A program made the position numbers and the translations under genes. Shown here one piece after another: positions 18,753 through 28,727 of a stretch of DNA of 64,000 nucleotides (position 1 is the first letter of the stretch; every line of letters begins with the position of its first letter). Source of the stretch: a candidate division FCPU426 bacterium (GTDB lineage: Bacteria > Oederibacteriota > Muellerivitia > Muellerivitales > Muellerivitaceae); assembly GCA_963771075.1 (NCBI GenBank), contig CAVYSE010000007.1, positions 32,001 through 96,000 of the forward strand, written 5' to 3'. The notes beneath the pieces are model-generated. The model was not told the DNA's origin, searched no databases, and saw only the letters and a program-made list of their open reading frames with translations.

Positions 18753-18947
18753 TTGATTAAAGTCACCCGACTTAACGGCCAGGAAGTCATTGTCAATTCA
18801 GACTTGATCCTTTTCGTCGAAAAATCACCTGAGACCATCCTGACCCTTCAAAACGGGAAAAAGATTACCATCAAGGAAACCGTTCCTGATGTGATCGAAA
18901 GCGTAATCGCTTTTAAATCCCGATGTTTTCCAAAGACCCCAGCCTGA
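18753..18947 (+). CDS. flbD: Flagellar FlbD family protein
   Basis: IKVTRLNGQEVIVNSDLILFVEKSPETILTLQNGKKITIKE pattern; usual position after flgE. Confidence 0.88.
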   Translation: MIKVTRLNGQEVIVNSDLILFVEKSPETILTLQNGKKITIKETVPDVIESVIAFKSRCFPKTPA

Positions 18948-19173
18948 ATATGAAACTTGGACTTCATGAGGAATCCCTTAAATTTCACGTTTGAAACTGT
19001 TGCGTGTTCATGGAAGTAGGAAGATAATAATGATGCATTTGTGAAACCGCTTGGGCTGGGCTTAAATCGGTTGCAGATGGTTCGATTAAGAGACCCTGAA
19101 AGTGTCTTAAACAAAGAAAAAGCCTGGATTGAAGAGCCGAAGGTTAGATTTTTCACAGCGGGAGACTGTACGA

Positions 19174-21068
19174 ATGGTTTTTAAAGGTCGAAAGTTAAAA
19201 GGCTTCTTTTTCCCGGTTTTCGGCCTGGTCTTTTTATTTATCACTTCCTTGGGCAACACCCCCGCTTACGCCCTCTCGAATAATTTCCAGCAATATTTCG
19301 ACAGTTGGACAGGGTCCACAGCCAACACCAGTCAATGGAGCCTTACTTACGACCCTTCCGATGGGGTTAATTACACTTTAAACCCCTTTCAATTTCTCGC
19401 GAGCAGTGGGTCCCCGGTAGCGGACCCCTATGCCCCGGTGACTGTCGTTCAACCCGGCCCAACGACGGTTGTGTTGCCCGGCGCCCCCGTTACGGCTGAA
19501 TACGCCGCGATTGAAGGGGATAATACCTGCAATACCTGCAGCGCGGTGACCTTAACCTATTCGGACCCCCAAATCCCGGTTCCCCCGGTAAGCGGCGCTT
19601 ATATCATGATCGACGTCTTGAATACGGGTTCGGCGGGGAAGAACTACCAGTTGATCGTTACGGATACAAAGGGAAATACGATTTCCGATTCGACTGATAA
19701 CGTTCTCGTCGACTGCTTAAACCCTCCCCCCAACATCCAGGGAACATCCTCCCCCCAAACCTGGGCCACAGTTTTCATTGAGAATACCCTGACTTCTTTT
19801 CCTGTCAGCACGGTCAGTTTGGTCATCCAACCGGGTTCCACGGGGGATATGGACCCAATCGACGCGGATTTCGTTTACGTGGACGCCGTCCGGGACGCGG
19901 CCAGCCTGCCTTGCATTGTGCCCCCGACCCACACCTATACCCCCACCATTACCAATACCCCCACCCTGACCTATACCACGACCCCCACCAATACTTTCAC
20001 CCATACGCTCAGCCCGACGCCCACACCCACCTTAACCTATACCGTTAGCCCAACCCCGACCATTACCCTTACCAATACACTCAGCCCAACACCCACCAGC
20101 ACCAACAGCTTGACTCCGACGATCACCAACACACCCACGAATACATCTACCCTCACGCCGACCCCAACTATCACGAACACCGTTTCACCGACCCCGACTT
20201 TCACTTCTACCCCTTCTCCTACCCCCACTTATACTGGTACAGCCACCAATACTTACACTCCCACCGTGATTCCGACGTCCACTAAAACACCCACAGTCAC
20301 AAACTCGCCTACCTCAACCCCGACGATCACTTTAACCCTAACCCTCAGCCCGACCATTACCCTCACCAATACTTTGACCCCAACCATTACCAATAGCCCG
20401 ACCAACACACCTACCCCAACCTCGACCGTTACGCCCACTAACACATTGACCCTTACGAATACTTTGTCACCTACCAATACATTGACGCCAACGAATACAA
20501 TGACCTTGACGGTCACTTTAACTATTACGAACACCACGACCCCCACCTACACGCCCACACCCTCCTATACCACCACCAGCACCAACACATGGACCCCTAC
20601 ATGGACGTTAACGGTTACCAATACCTATACGAATACCTGGACACCCACTTTGACCTTTACCCAGACCATCACTAATACACCCACCGTTACCAACACGCCG
20701 ACTATTACATCGACTCCTCCCCCCCGACGGACACGCCTTGCCCGGTCAATATTTATCCTAATCCGATGGATTTTGTTAATGACGCGAACCACCACATTAC
20801 CTTTACGTGTGTCCCGGCAGGTTCCACCCTGAATATTTACACCATCTCCCTGTCCCTGGTCATGTCGTATGGGCCGAACGACGAGGTGTTCAACGCCAAT
20901 TCTTTGTATAAATCCGATCCTTCCACGCAACAGAAGATTGTTTATTGGGACGGCCGAAACGGCGACGGGAATCCAGTGGCCTCGGGCTTTTACATTTATA
21001 AACTCGAGGGACCGAACGGCCGGAGCTTTGGCAAGTTCGCGGTATCTAGATCTTTGAACGGGCCTTGA
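19174..21068 (+). CDS. Secreted Pro/Thr-repeat protein with a T9SS type-A-like (FlgD-Ig-like) C-terminal domain; frameshift in the C-run near 20720
   Basis: Signal peptide, beta-rich N-domain, about 270 aa of TPT/TNT repeats, then shifted frame ...NIYPNPMDF...LNIYTIS...[18 protein letters not shown]...KFAVSR. Confidence 0.75.
19920..20725 (+). repeat. Degenerate Thr/Pro repeat (T-x-T-x-T-P) coding linker
   Basis: Runs such as [16 protein letters not shown]. Confidence 0.9.
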
Positions 21069-21069
21069 T

Positions 21070-22038
21070 ATGAACTTTTTCGTGAAAAATATTTTGTTGG
21101 GTATGGCTACTTTTGCCTTACTGACGGGCTACTCCGCAAGCGCCCAAACCGCGAACGGAGGGACCAACTCCTTTGATTTCCTCAATATTTCCCCCATTTC
21201 ACGCGCGGTCGGTGTAGGGGAAGCCTATTCAGCGGTGGGGGACGACGTCGGTTCGGTCTATTACAACCCCGCGGGGCTCGCCAGCATCCTGACCAATGAA
21301 ATGAACATTACTTATCTTTCGCTCTATCAACAGATGAGTTACGAGTTCATCGCTTTCGCCACCCCCCTTCAACCCTCTTTCCCTTCGCTCGGGGGGGTTG
21401 TCGCGCTGAGCGCGGGGTTATTACAGCCGGGAAGCATGACCCGCACCAATGATTCCGGACAATCCACGGGTTCTTTTTCAAGCGGGGATGAGGTATTCAC
21501 CTTGGCCTACGCCAAGGACATCAGCCCTACCCTCCACTTCGGAACTTCCATCAAACTCATCACCCAGCAAATCGACACCGTTCAAACCTCGCTTTTCGCG
21601 GTGGACGCGGGTGTGGTCGTTATTCCTTCTTTCCAAGGCATGCGATTCGGGTTAGTGGTCAAGAATATTGGCGCGCAAGATTCCGGATTTAACCTTCCAT
21701 TTAATCTTTTGGGGGGCATTTCCTACCGCCAATACGAGCTTTTCTCGGACCAGGATGACGGCGCGGTCATGGGGGAAGTGACTTTACCCATTCAACCTGT
21801 TGAGGATCCGGTCATGGCTTCTTTTGGTTTGGAGTATAATTATAAATGGATTGGAAACAGGGCAACGCTCCGCGCCGGTTACAAGTTCGTGAACAACGGT
21901 TTGGGCGGTGAGGGGTTGACCTTGGGAGCTGGCTACGGGTTGGATTTCGCGGGGGCGGTCGTATTCCTGGATTACGCCTACGCGCCCGCCGATGTTTTCG
22001 GGGATACGAACCGCGTCACTCTAACGACTAAATTTTGA
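21070..22038 (+). CDS. PorV/PorQ-like (UPF0164-type) outer-membrane beta-barrel
   Basis: FDFLNISPISRAVGVGEAYSAVGDDVGSVYYNPAGLA; C-terminal LRAGY...LDYAYAP...NRVTLTTKF. Confidence 0.85.
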   Translation: MNFFVKNILLGMATFALLTGYSASAQTANGGTNSFDFLNISPISRAVGVGEAYSAVGDDVGSVYYNPAGLASILTNEMNITYLSLYQQMSYEFIAFATPLQPSFPSLGGVVALSAGLLQPGSMTRTNDSGQSTGSFSSGDEVFTLAYAKDISPTLHFGTSIKLITQQIDTVQTSLFAVDAGVVVIPSFQGMRFGLVVKNIGAQDSGFNLPFNLLGGISYRQYELFSDQDDGAVMGEVTLPIQPVEDPVMASFGLEYNYKWIGNRATLRAGYKFVNNGLGGEGLTLGAGYGLDFAGAVVFLDYAYAPADVFGDTNRVTLTTKF

Positions 22039-23048
22039 GGCCTTCTTTTATGACTAAATCCTTTGGCTTATCGCTTCCCATGCAACCGGTTCGATCTTTG
22101 GCATTTTTAACGGCTGCCGCTCTTTTTTCTCCCTCCGTTCTTTTTGCCCAGGCGGTTGGTACGACCACTGCGGACATTTTGAAGGTCAACCAGGGAGTTC
22201 GGCCCGCGGCCATGGCCGGCGTTTATACCGCGTTGGGGGACGACGCTTACTCGATTGAATACAACCCCGCGGGCCTGGCTAAAATTCAGGCCACCCAAGT
22301 TCTTCTTTCCCACCTGGACAGTTTGGCCGACATTTCCTATGAGTACGTGGTTTTCGCCACGGCGTGGGGCGCGGAAAATGCGGCGGCGATCGGCTTCACT
22401 TACCGCTACATGCCCCCGATTGATAATAACAACGGGAACATTCCGGCCACTTCCCAGGACATGTTGGGAAGTTTTTCCTACGCGCGTAAGTTAGGGGACA
22501 ACATTCGCTTGGGAGCGTCGTTGAAATACCTGCAGTCGAACTTGGGACCTTTCAATGCCAGTTCGGTCATGGGGGATGCGGGGATCCAAATGGACCGCCT
22601 GCCCTTGGGGCTCAAGGCGGGGTTGGCCATCCAGAATTTCGGGACCGCGATGACCTTTGACCCGGCTTCCAACGCGGATCCTTTGCCGCTCTTCATCCGT
22701 TTTGGAGTGGGCATCCATCAGGTGTTTGAGGGCCAGCGGGATTTCAACGCAGGAATTGAGGTTTTCAAACCTTCCGATCAGGACATCAAAATGGGTTTTG
22801 GGGCCGAAGCCTGGCTTTTCCCAAACCTCTTCGCGGTGAGGGGCGGCTATAAGTACGATAACGCGGGGTCGTCTCCCACCCCGAACGCTTTCAACAATTA
22901 CACGCTGGGCTGTACCTTGACGCGGGAAATCGATGGTGATGATTTCTCCGTCGATATTGCTTACGCGCCGGCCAATTTCGGGGACACCTCTGAGGACACG
23001 TTCTTTTTCGGGTTGAATGCGAAGTTCAACCAGTTCAGGGTCTTTTAA
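22035..23048 (+). CDS. PorV/PorQ-like (UPF0164-type) outer-membrane beta-barrel
   Basis: ILKVNQGVRPAAMAGVYTALGDDAYSIEYNPAGLA; AVRGGY...VDIAYAP; C-terminal Phe; true start may be slightly downstream. Confidence 0.85.
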   Translation: MRPSFMTKSFGLSLPMQPVRSLAFLTAAALFSPSVLFAQAVGTTTADILKVNQGVRPAAMAGVYTALGDDAYSIEYNPAGLAKIQATQVLLSHLDSLADISYEYVVFATAWGAENAAAIGFTYRYMPPIDNNNGNIPATSQDMLGSFSYARKLGDNIRLGASLKYLQSNLGPFNASSVMGDAGIQMDRLPLGLKAGLAIQNFGTAMTFDPASNADPLPLFIRFGVGIHQVFEGQRDFNAGIEVFKPSDQDIKMGFGAEAWLFPNLFAVRGGYKYDNAGSSPTPNAFNNYTLGCTLTREIDGDDFSVDIAYAPANFGDTSEDTFFFGLNAKFNQFRVF

Positions 23049-23079
23049 TTCATTCCGCCCCGGGAAATCCTTTCTTCAA

Positions 23080-23108
23080 TTGACAAGGTTTTATTCGCCT
23101 GATAATCT
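23080..23108 (+). promoter_or_regulatory. Sigma70-type promoter for tRNA-Phe
   Basis: TTGACA-N17-TAATCT. Confidence 0.6.
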
Positions 23109-23142
23109 TCATCGCTGTTTTTCTTTTCTACCGGCCGCATTT

Positions 23143-23218
<76 letters not shown>

Positions 23219-23351
23219 TTTTTTACATAATTAGCGGCGTGAAACGCCGTTTAACAATTGGAAAATGGTACGTGCTTGGGCTCATTTAAAAAGATTCTGA
23301 ATAAGATTCCCAAGCGCACCTTATTTCATCTATTTAGATAAAACCTACCAT

Positions 23352-23378
23352 TCAAGTCCTGGGTCTTTCCCCCGATTC
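23352..23378 (+). promoter_or_regulatory. Possible sigma28-type promoter for the four-gene islet
   Basis: TCAAGTCC-N11-CCCGATTC. Confidence 0.4.
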
Positions 23379-23549
23379 AATTTCTCATTTGCGCCCCGTG
23401 CCGTTGAAATAAGGTGACAAAGTAAATGATTGATGTTATTGTGCAACTGAAGGTAACCGATTTACCTTTTTGCCATTTCTGGCTGTTCTACCACACTCCT
23501 TACTTCACATTGAATGGACTTTCTGGGTGTTTTTGGGGGGAGGAAGCCG

Positions 23550-24794
23550 ATGAGAAGTTACTTTAGGATTTTAGTTTTGGTTTCACTTTTCCTTCCTGCC
23601 CGGGTTTTCGGCTCCTGGGGGTTCAGCGCTCAACTTTATGAGAACAATTGCATTACAACCATTCCTCTCACACTTCCCGCCATATCGGGCTTCCCAAATC
23701 AATCTATGTGCAACGCTGTCCGGGCAGAGGTGCTTGCCATTCAAGAAAGCGCACCTTGGGAAAAAAGCTGTGGGCCGAGTTGTTGGATATCTGAACTTTG
23801 TACCGTTGGTTACACTTGTAGTGCTTGCACTGGAAGTGATGACACCTTTGGAACTGGCACTATCTATTCGTTAAACCCTCAGGGCGATTCCTCAGGCCAG
23901 CCCTTTTTCAGCCCCCATTACACCGCAGATAACGATAACTGGATCGGTCAGACCATCGACCGTTTCAACACCAACTCATCCGCGAACCTGGGAGCCGCCT
24001 TTCCGGAAGGCATGGTCGTCAGCGACGACCCCTATCTTAATAACGTCTACCAATACATGGCGAACGCCGAATATGGGGACACCGGGGAAGCTTCCGATTA
24101 CCTGGCGAAACTTCAGACCGGACAATCCACGGGTGAACCCGGGGAAGCCCCGGGTGATCTTCAGGAATCCGATTTCTTTTTCCAACTTCAAACCGGCCAA
24201 ACCGGGTCCTCGGATCAAGCGGGTTCGGGGGATCAATCCGGAAATGGAACCGCCGGGGCGGGAGAAGGGAATACGCCGGTTCCGGTGGACACCACGTCGC
24301 TGGTCGTGACCGACGACTCGATGATCCAGCAAGCCGGCGAGGAAGCGGATCAAACCGAATCCATCGCGGGCCAAGTGGCCGAGGGTTTGGAGCCGCTGGC
24401 TGATCCGGGCATCGATTCGGCCAAGGAACAGGCAATCGAGGAGGCGGCCAAGGCCATCGGCGTTGAACTGCCGGAAGGCCTGGCGGGTAACGCTTTGCAG
24501 ATCGTTTCGGTCATCAACAACGGGATTTCGGATATACCCTCGGATATTTCATCGGCCGCGAACATCGCCTTGAATGCCCTTTCGGGTGAAATTCCGGCGG
24601 TGGGTACGGCGGTCGCGGCGGGCCAGATGTACGGTAATCTTTGTTTCTCGGCTTTCGATAATACCGTCAACCAGATTCATGACGCTTTACCCGGAATGCC
24701 AACCGCCAGTGAGTTTAAAAATCAAGTTTATGAGTCTGCGGATAACGTGGGACAACAGGCCGTCTTCACCTGGTTCGGTCGGGGGCCGAAATAA
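23550..24794 (+). CDS. Hypothetical exported protein: Cys-rich N-terminus, acidic/Gly-rich middle, Ala-rich helical C-terminus
   Basis: GGAGG RBS, signal peptide, 8 Cys in about the first 100 residues, short LQTGQ duplication. Confidence 0.7.
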   Translation: MRSYFRILVLVSLFLPARVFGSWGFSAQLYENNCITTIPLTLPAISGFPNQSMCNAVRAEVLAIQESAPWEKSCGPSCWISELCTVGYTCSACTGSDDTFGTGTIYSLNPQGDSSGQPFFSPHYTADNDNWIGQTIDRFNTNSSANLGAAFPEGMVVSDDPYLNNVYQYMANAEYGDTGEASDYLAKLQTGQSTGEPGEAPGDLQESDFFFQLQTGQTGSSDQAGSGDQSGNGTAGAGEGNTPVPVDTTSLVVTDDSMIQQAGEEADQTESIAGQVAEGLEPLADPGIDSAKEQAIEEAAKAIGVELPEGLAGNALQIVSVINNGISDIPSDISSAANIALNALSGEIPAVGTAVAAGQMYGNLCFSAFDNTVNQIHDALPGMPTASEFKNQVYESADNVGQQAVFTWFGRGPK

Positions 24795-25750
24795 TGATGA
24801 CCTTCCCTATGAATAAGATCATTTTCCTCGCGCTCGTGGTATTGGCGTCATGGGCACAAGTCGGGATGGCGGATCCGGCCAAGGTATCGGGCAAATATGT
24901 TCCCCATACGATCCTTTTCGTTCCGGCCAACAAGAACATCAAATTGAACTGGGCGGTTTCCCCGCTGGAAAAGACCCCGCCCCAATGGAGCAATTACCGG
25001 CTCCGGATCAATGACCTGGGCAATCCCTGGTTGAGCAATTCCTCAAGCGAGTCGTCGAACCTTTGGTGCCTTAACAAGAATCTTGTGATGAATGTGGACC
25101 AGCCGCTGGATGACTACCTTTGGCTGCCCGGCGGGGAATTTCTCATCGCCTCCAACGGGCGCTTGGGCTACATCACCTTCCCTCCGATCAAGGATAAGTC
25201 CATACCTCAATGCGAATTTCATTCGGTCGTGCTTCTTCCCGTCAATCCGGTGCACCTTTCCCCGGCGGGCAAAAACAATCTTTACGTTTGGGGAAAAAAC
25301 AGCAAAAACGGGAAGATGGACATCTATCTCCTCGGAAAAAGCTCGTCCAAATCGAAAAGACCCATCAAGTTCCTGTTCGAAACGGATAAGACCCTCACCG
25401 CGGTGGGAGGGGACGAATCGAATCTTTTCGCGGCGATCGATTCGATGATCGTGAAGGTGGGAAAGAAAAAGATCACCGGCCTGGTGAATTTGAAGGGGGA
25501 GAGGATCCGTGAAATCGTTTATCCCTCGGGGAAGACCCTCTTTTATGCCTCGGATAACGGGGCGGGATGCATTGACATCAAGCACAAGCGTTTCCTCCAA
25601 TTCATTAAGTCGCCCGGCGTGGATATCGCCCCCGGGAAGGACGACAGCCTGTTCATCAAGCTCGACGCCTCATCCGGAATTTTAAAATTGGACGGCGCGT
25701 CCCATCTGGACCCATTGGCATCTCTTTCCACCGGCAAGGGCAAAAAATGA
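24794..25750 (+). CDS. Hypothetical exported Lys-rich protein, possibly a beta-propeller
   Basis: Signal peptide; translationally coupled to both neighbours; short beta-strand periodicity. Confidence 0.7.
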   Translation: MMTFPMNKIIFLALVVLASWAQVGMADPAKVSGKYVPHTILFVPANKNIKLNWAVSPLEKTPPQWSNYRLRINDLGNPWLSNSSSESSNLWCLNKNLVMNVDQPLDDYLWLPGGEFLIASNGRLGYITFPPIKDKSIPQCEFHSVVLLPVNPVHLSPAGKNNLYVWGKNSKNGKMDIYLLGKSSSKSKRPIKFLFETDKTLTAVGGDESNLFAAIDSMIVKVGKKKITGLVNLKGERIREIVYPSGKTLFYASDNGAGCIDIKHKRFLQFIKSPGVDIAPGKDDSLFIKLDASSGILKLDGASHLDPLASLSTGKGKK

Positions 25751-26961
25751 CACATTCCATGAACCCTCAGGGGACTATCGGCGCTTGGCTCCGTGGAGGG
25801 GCCGCTCTCCTGGTTTTTTCATGTTTGACCGGCTGCATGACCATTCCCCGGGGTTATAAGGGGGAAGGCATCCCCACCCAGGATGAAGCCCGAAAGGCAC
25901 TGGTGAGCGGGGATACCGCTACCGCCCTTTTGGATTACCAATTTCTTTCCACTAAGTCCACGGAAGGCTCGCTGAACGCGGAATACGCCTACGCCCTCGT
26001 TCTGGACGGACATCCCGAAGCGGCGTTCCAGCAGGTAGACCGAGCCCGTCAAATAAGCCCTTCCGACCCTTCGGTTTGGTTCTTTTCTTCCCGCATCCTG
26101 GCCTTGACCGGCCACGCGAACCTGGCCGCCGCCCTTTGGCCGGCCAGCCGGAAGGACGGACCGGATTGGATCCGCCGGAAGTTGGACCGCGCCGAATCGA
26201 ATATCAAGGGAGGAGCGGGCAACGGAAAGGCTTATGGCGCCAAACCCGCGGACCGGTTCGCGAGGGCCAACGCCCTGGCGGCCCAGAATTTCCTGGTCAG
26301 CGCTTCGGTCGCGTTCGAGAACCTGATCGCGCAAAAACCCGGTGATGGAGCGGCCCACGAGGGATATTCCATGGTCCTCGAGAAATTGGGCGCCTACGAG
26401 CTGGCGGTCAAGGAAAACAAACAGGCCCAAGCGCTCATGAAGAATGAACGCGTGAGGAAGGCCCTGGCCAAAAGGACCGAAATCCTCGAGACGGAGGCAA
26501 AGGCTTTCTCCGGGAAGAACGCATCATCTTCCCCCGCCCAGGTCGATCCCAAGGGCCGGTGGTTCCTATACGGGGGAGGCCAGCTCAGCATGGGGAGCGA
26601 TGCCACCACACCCTCCGAGCTGTCGGGTCGGGTGGGAAAATTCTTCACGTCCTATTTCGACGCGGCGGTCAATGTGGACTACATTTCAAACCCCAAAACG
26701 GCCGGGGTCACCGCTTCCACATCCGGCTTTGACTTGGGCCTCTCCGGGCGGCTGACGCCCTCGTTTGAGACGGGGGGCCTATTCGGAATCGTGGGCGCCC
26801 GGGCGGGTTTTTCCGCCTCGGGGAACGGCGGCACCTTCTCCTTCGGAATGGGGCAAAGGGACGCGTCCGGCGAGCTGGACTTGACCGTTGATTTTGGCTC
26901 CGGCATTTATGACGGCGTTGACCTAACACTGGGCTACACCGCCTACCTGGGGGGGATGTAA
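25747..26961 (+). CDS. Hypothetical lipoprotein with TPR-like repeats and a C-terminal small beta-barrel-like domain
   Basis: LTGC lipobox; YAYALVLDGHPEAAFQQVDRARQISP and AHEGYSMVLEKLGAYELA helices; Gly/aromatic strands at C-terminus. Confidence 0.7.
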   Translation: MTHSMNPQGTIGAWLRGGAALLVFSCLTGCMTIPRGYKGEGIPTQDEARKALVSGDTATALLDYQFLSTKSTEGSLNAEYAYALVLDGHPEAAFQQVDRARQISPSDPSVWFFSSRILALTGHANLAAALWPASRKDGPDWIRRKLDRAESNIKGGAGNGKAYGAKPADRFARANALAAQNFLVSASVAFENLIAQKPGDGAAHEGYSMVLEKLGAYELAVKENKQAQALMKNERVRKALAKRTEILETEAKAFSGKNASSSPAQVDPKGRWFLYGGGQLSMGSDATTPSELSGRVGKFFTSYFDAAVNVDYISNPKTAGVTASTSGFDLGLSGRLTPSFETGGLFGIVGARAGFSASGNGGTFSFGMGQRDASGELDLTVDFGSGIYDGVDLTLGYTAYLGGM

Positions 26962-28727
26962 TGAAAAAACGCCTCCTTTTCCTGTGCCTCCTCGCGGGCC
27001 TGGCTTCCACCCTTCACGCCGCCTCCACGGAAGACGCGATCCAGGGTTTCCGCGACAAGGACTTAAAGGGTTATTCGGAGTATTTCTCCTCGGCCCGGCT
27101 GGACGCCGGGGGCGCTCTCGTCCTGGAGGGGACGGATGAATATTTGACCTCCAAGGACCTGGATTCGGTTATGGAGGAAGTGGTCCGCCTCTGGCGGAAC
27201 CGGTTGGGGGGAAGCGAATTCGATACCCACCCGGTCGTGACCGTGAACACGGCCTTGGGCGGGGACTTGTGGACCTGGAACCAAAACACGGAATCCGTCC
27301 TCTTATTACAGAGATGGGACATGGTCCACCCCATTCCGGCCAAGGTGAACGGCGTCAGCGGACGCTTCTTTACTTATTACGGTTTCAGCATGAGCGCGGT
27401 GAATACCACCCTCAGCCTGAATCTCAACCTGAGCATCGGTTCCTATTTCTTCCAGAACATCCTCGACTCGTCGTTCAATTTCAGCATGGGGGCTTCCGGC
27501 GACACGACGGATACCACCGGCGGCGGGACCTTGACGATGGACCTGGGCGGGATGGTCCGCGTGCATTTCCCCATCATCCCCAAGGCGGGCTTCACCGGCA
27601 ATGTGGGTTGCGGGCTCGATTTCAATTTGACCGGGTCCGGGAACGACACCGAATTCGATACCTCGACCAACGTGACGGGTTATGGCCTGGCGGGTGTTTC
27701 CAAAATGTTGAACCCCTCGACCAGCTTGGACGCCTCCTTGAAGATCCAAAACAACCCGCTGTTTTTGGTCGGGATCACGACTTTCTTCGGGGACCACCAG
27801 GTGGTGGGAACCTCGCCCAGTGTGGGCGATGCGGGGGTAGGCGATGGAGCGGCACCGAATCAGGCGAAGAAATGGACGAACGCGGTGACCCCCCTACCGA
27901 CGGCAACCTTCACGCCCGCGGTGGTTCAGAACAATACACCCACCTTTACCCCCACCGATACCGCGACCCCCGTCCCGCCGGTTGTTCCAACTCCCACGAA
28001 GGTGGCCGCAGTTCCCACGGCTATTCCCACGCCCATACCGACAGTTGCGAGGCCGACGGCCGTGGCCACCCCGGTGGCGACGGTTGTCAGTGCTACGGTC
28101 GTGCCCACCCCCGCCAAGACTGAAACCCCCGCGCCGACCCCGGTTGTTTCTTACAAAAAGTCCGACGCCGACCAACCCGGTTTTGTCATCAGCCTGTTTG
28201 GCGGGACGGGAATCCCCGTCAGCTCGGGTGCGGCAAGCCTACTTAACCCAGGGGTGTATTTGGACGCCCAACTGGGATTCGTTCTCAGCCCCGAATGGAC
28301 CCTTGGGTTAGAGGTTGGGTTCAACGACCAATTCTGGAACTTTGTCCAAACCAGCGAAATGAACGGATATACACCGCCCGATTCAAAACATATTCCGGCC
28401 GATATCTTCGTCCAGTATCACTTGAACTTGGGAACCTCGTTTTTTAAGCCCTATCTCCGTTTGGGCGCTGGACTGGCATTTGATTCTTATGGGGGCGGTT
28501 ACGAGACCACGGATATGCACGGAAACTCCCAGTGGATAGACACGCCGACCCAAAATACGACCAACCCCCTATTGTTACCCGGGATGGGCCTGGAATTTTG
28601 CTTTTCCGATAATTTCAGCCTGTCTTTGCAGGCGGCCCTGGACATGGACTTCGGGTCTAAGGATGAGTTTGGGGACAAACCCATTGAGATCGCTCCGCTT
28701 CAGTTTGGGATGAGTTTCAAGATGTAA
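26961..28727 (+). CDS. Hypothetical exported protein with two beta-barrel-like regions joined by a Pro/Thr/Val linker
   Basis: Signal peptide; strand-rich segment, PTATFTP...PTP linker, C-terminal OMP-like FKPYLRLGAG...LQFGMSFKM. Confidence 0.7.
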   Translation: MKKRLLFLCLLAGLASTLHAASTEDAIQGFRDKDLKGYSEYFSSARLDAGGALVLEGTDEYLTSKDLDSVMEEVVRLWRNRLGGSEFDTHPVVTVNTALGGDLWTWNQNTESVLLLQRWDMVHPIPAKVNGVSGRFFTYYGFSMSAVNTTLSLNLNLSIGSYFFQNILDSSFNFSMGASGDTTDTTGGGTLTMDLGGMVRVHFPIIPKAGFTGNVGCGLDFNLTGSGNDTEFDTSTNVTGYGLAGVSKMLNPSTSLDASLKIQNNPLFLVGITTFFGDHQVVGTSPSVGDAGVGDGAAPNQAKKWTNAVTPLPTATFTPAVVQNNTPTFTPTDTATPVPPVVPTPTKVAAVPTAIPTPIPTVARPTAVATPVATVVSATVVPTPAKTETPAPTPVVSYKKSDADQPGFVISLFGGTGIPVSSGAASLLNPGVYLDAQLGFVLSPEWTLGLEVGFNDQFWNFVQTSEMNGYTPPDSKHIPADIFVQYHLNLGTSFFKPYLRLGAGLAFDSYGGGYETTDMHGNSQWIDTPTQNTTNPLLLPGMGLEFCFSDNFSLSLQAALDMDFGSKDEFGDKPIEIAPLQFGMSFKM

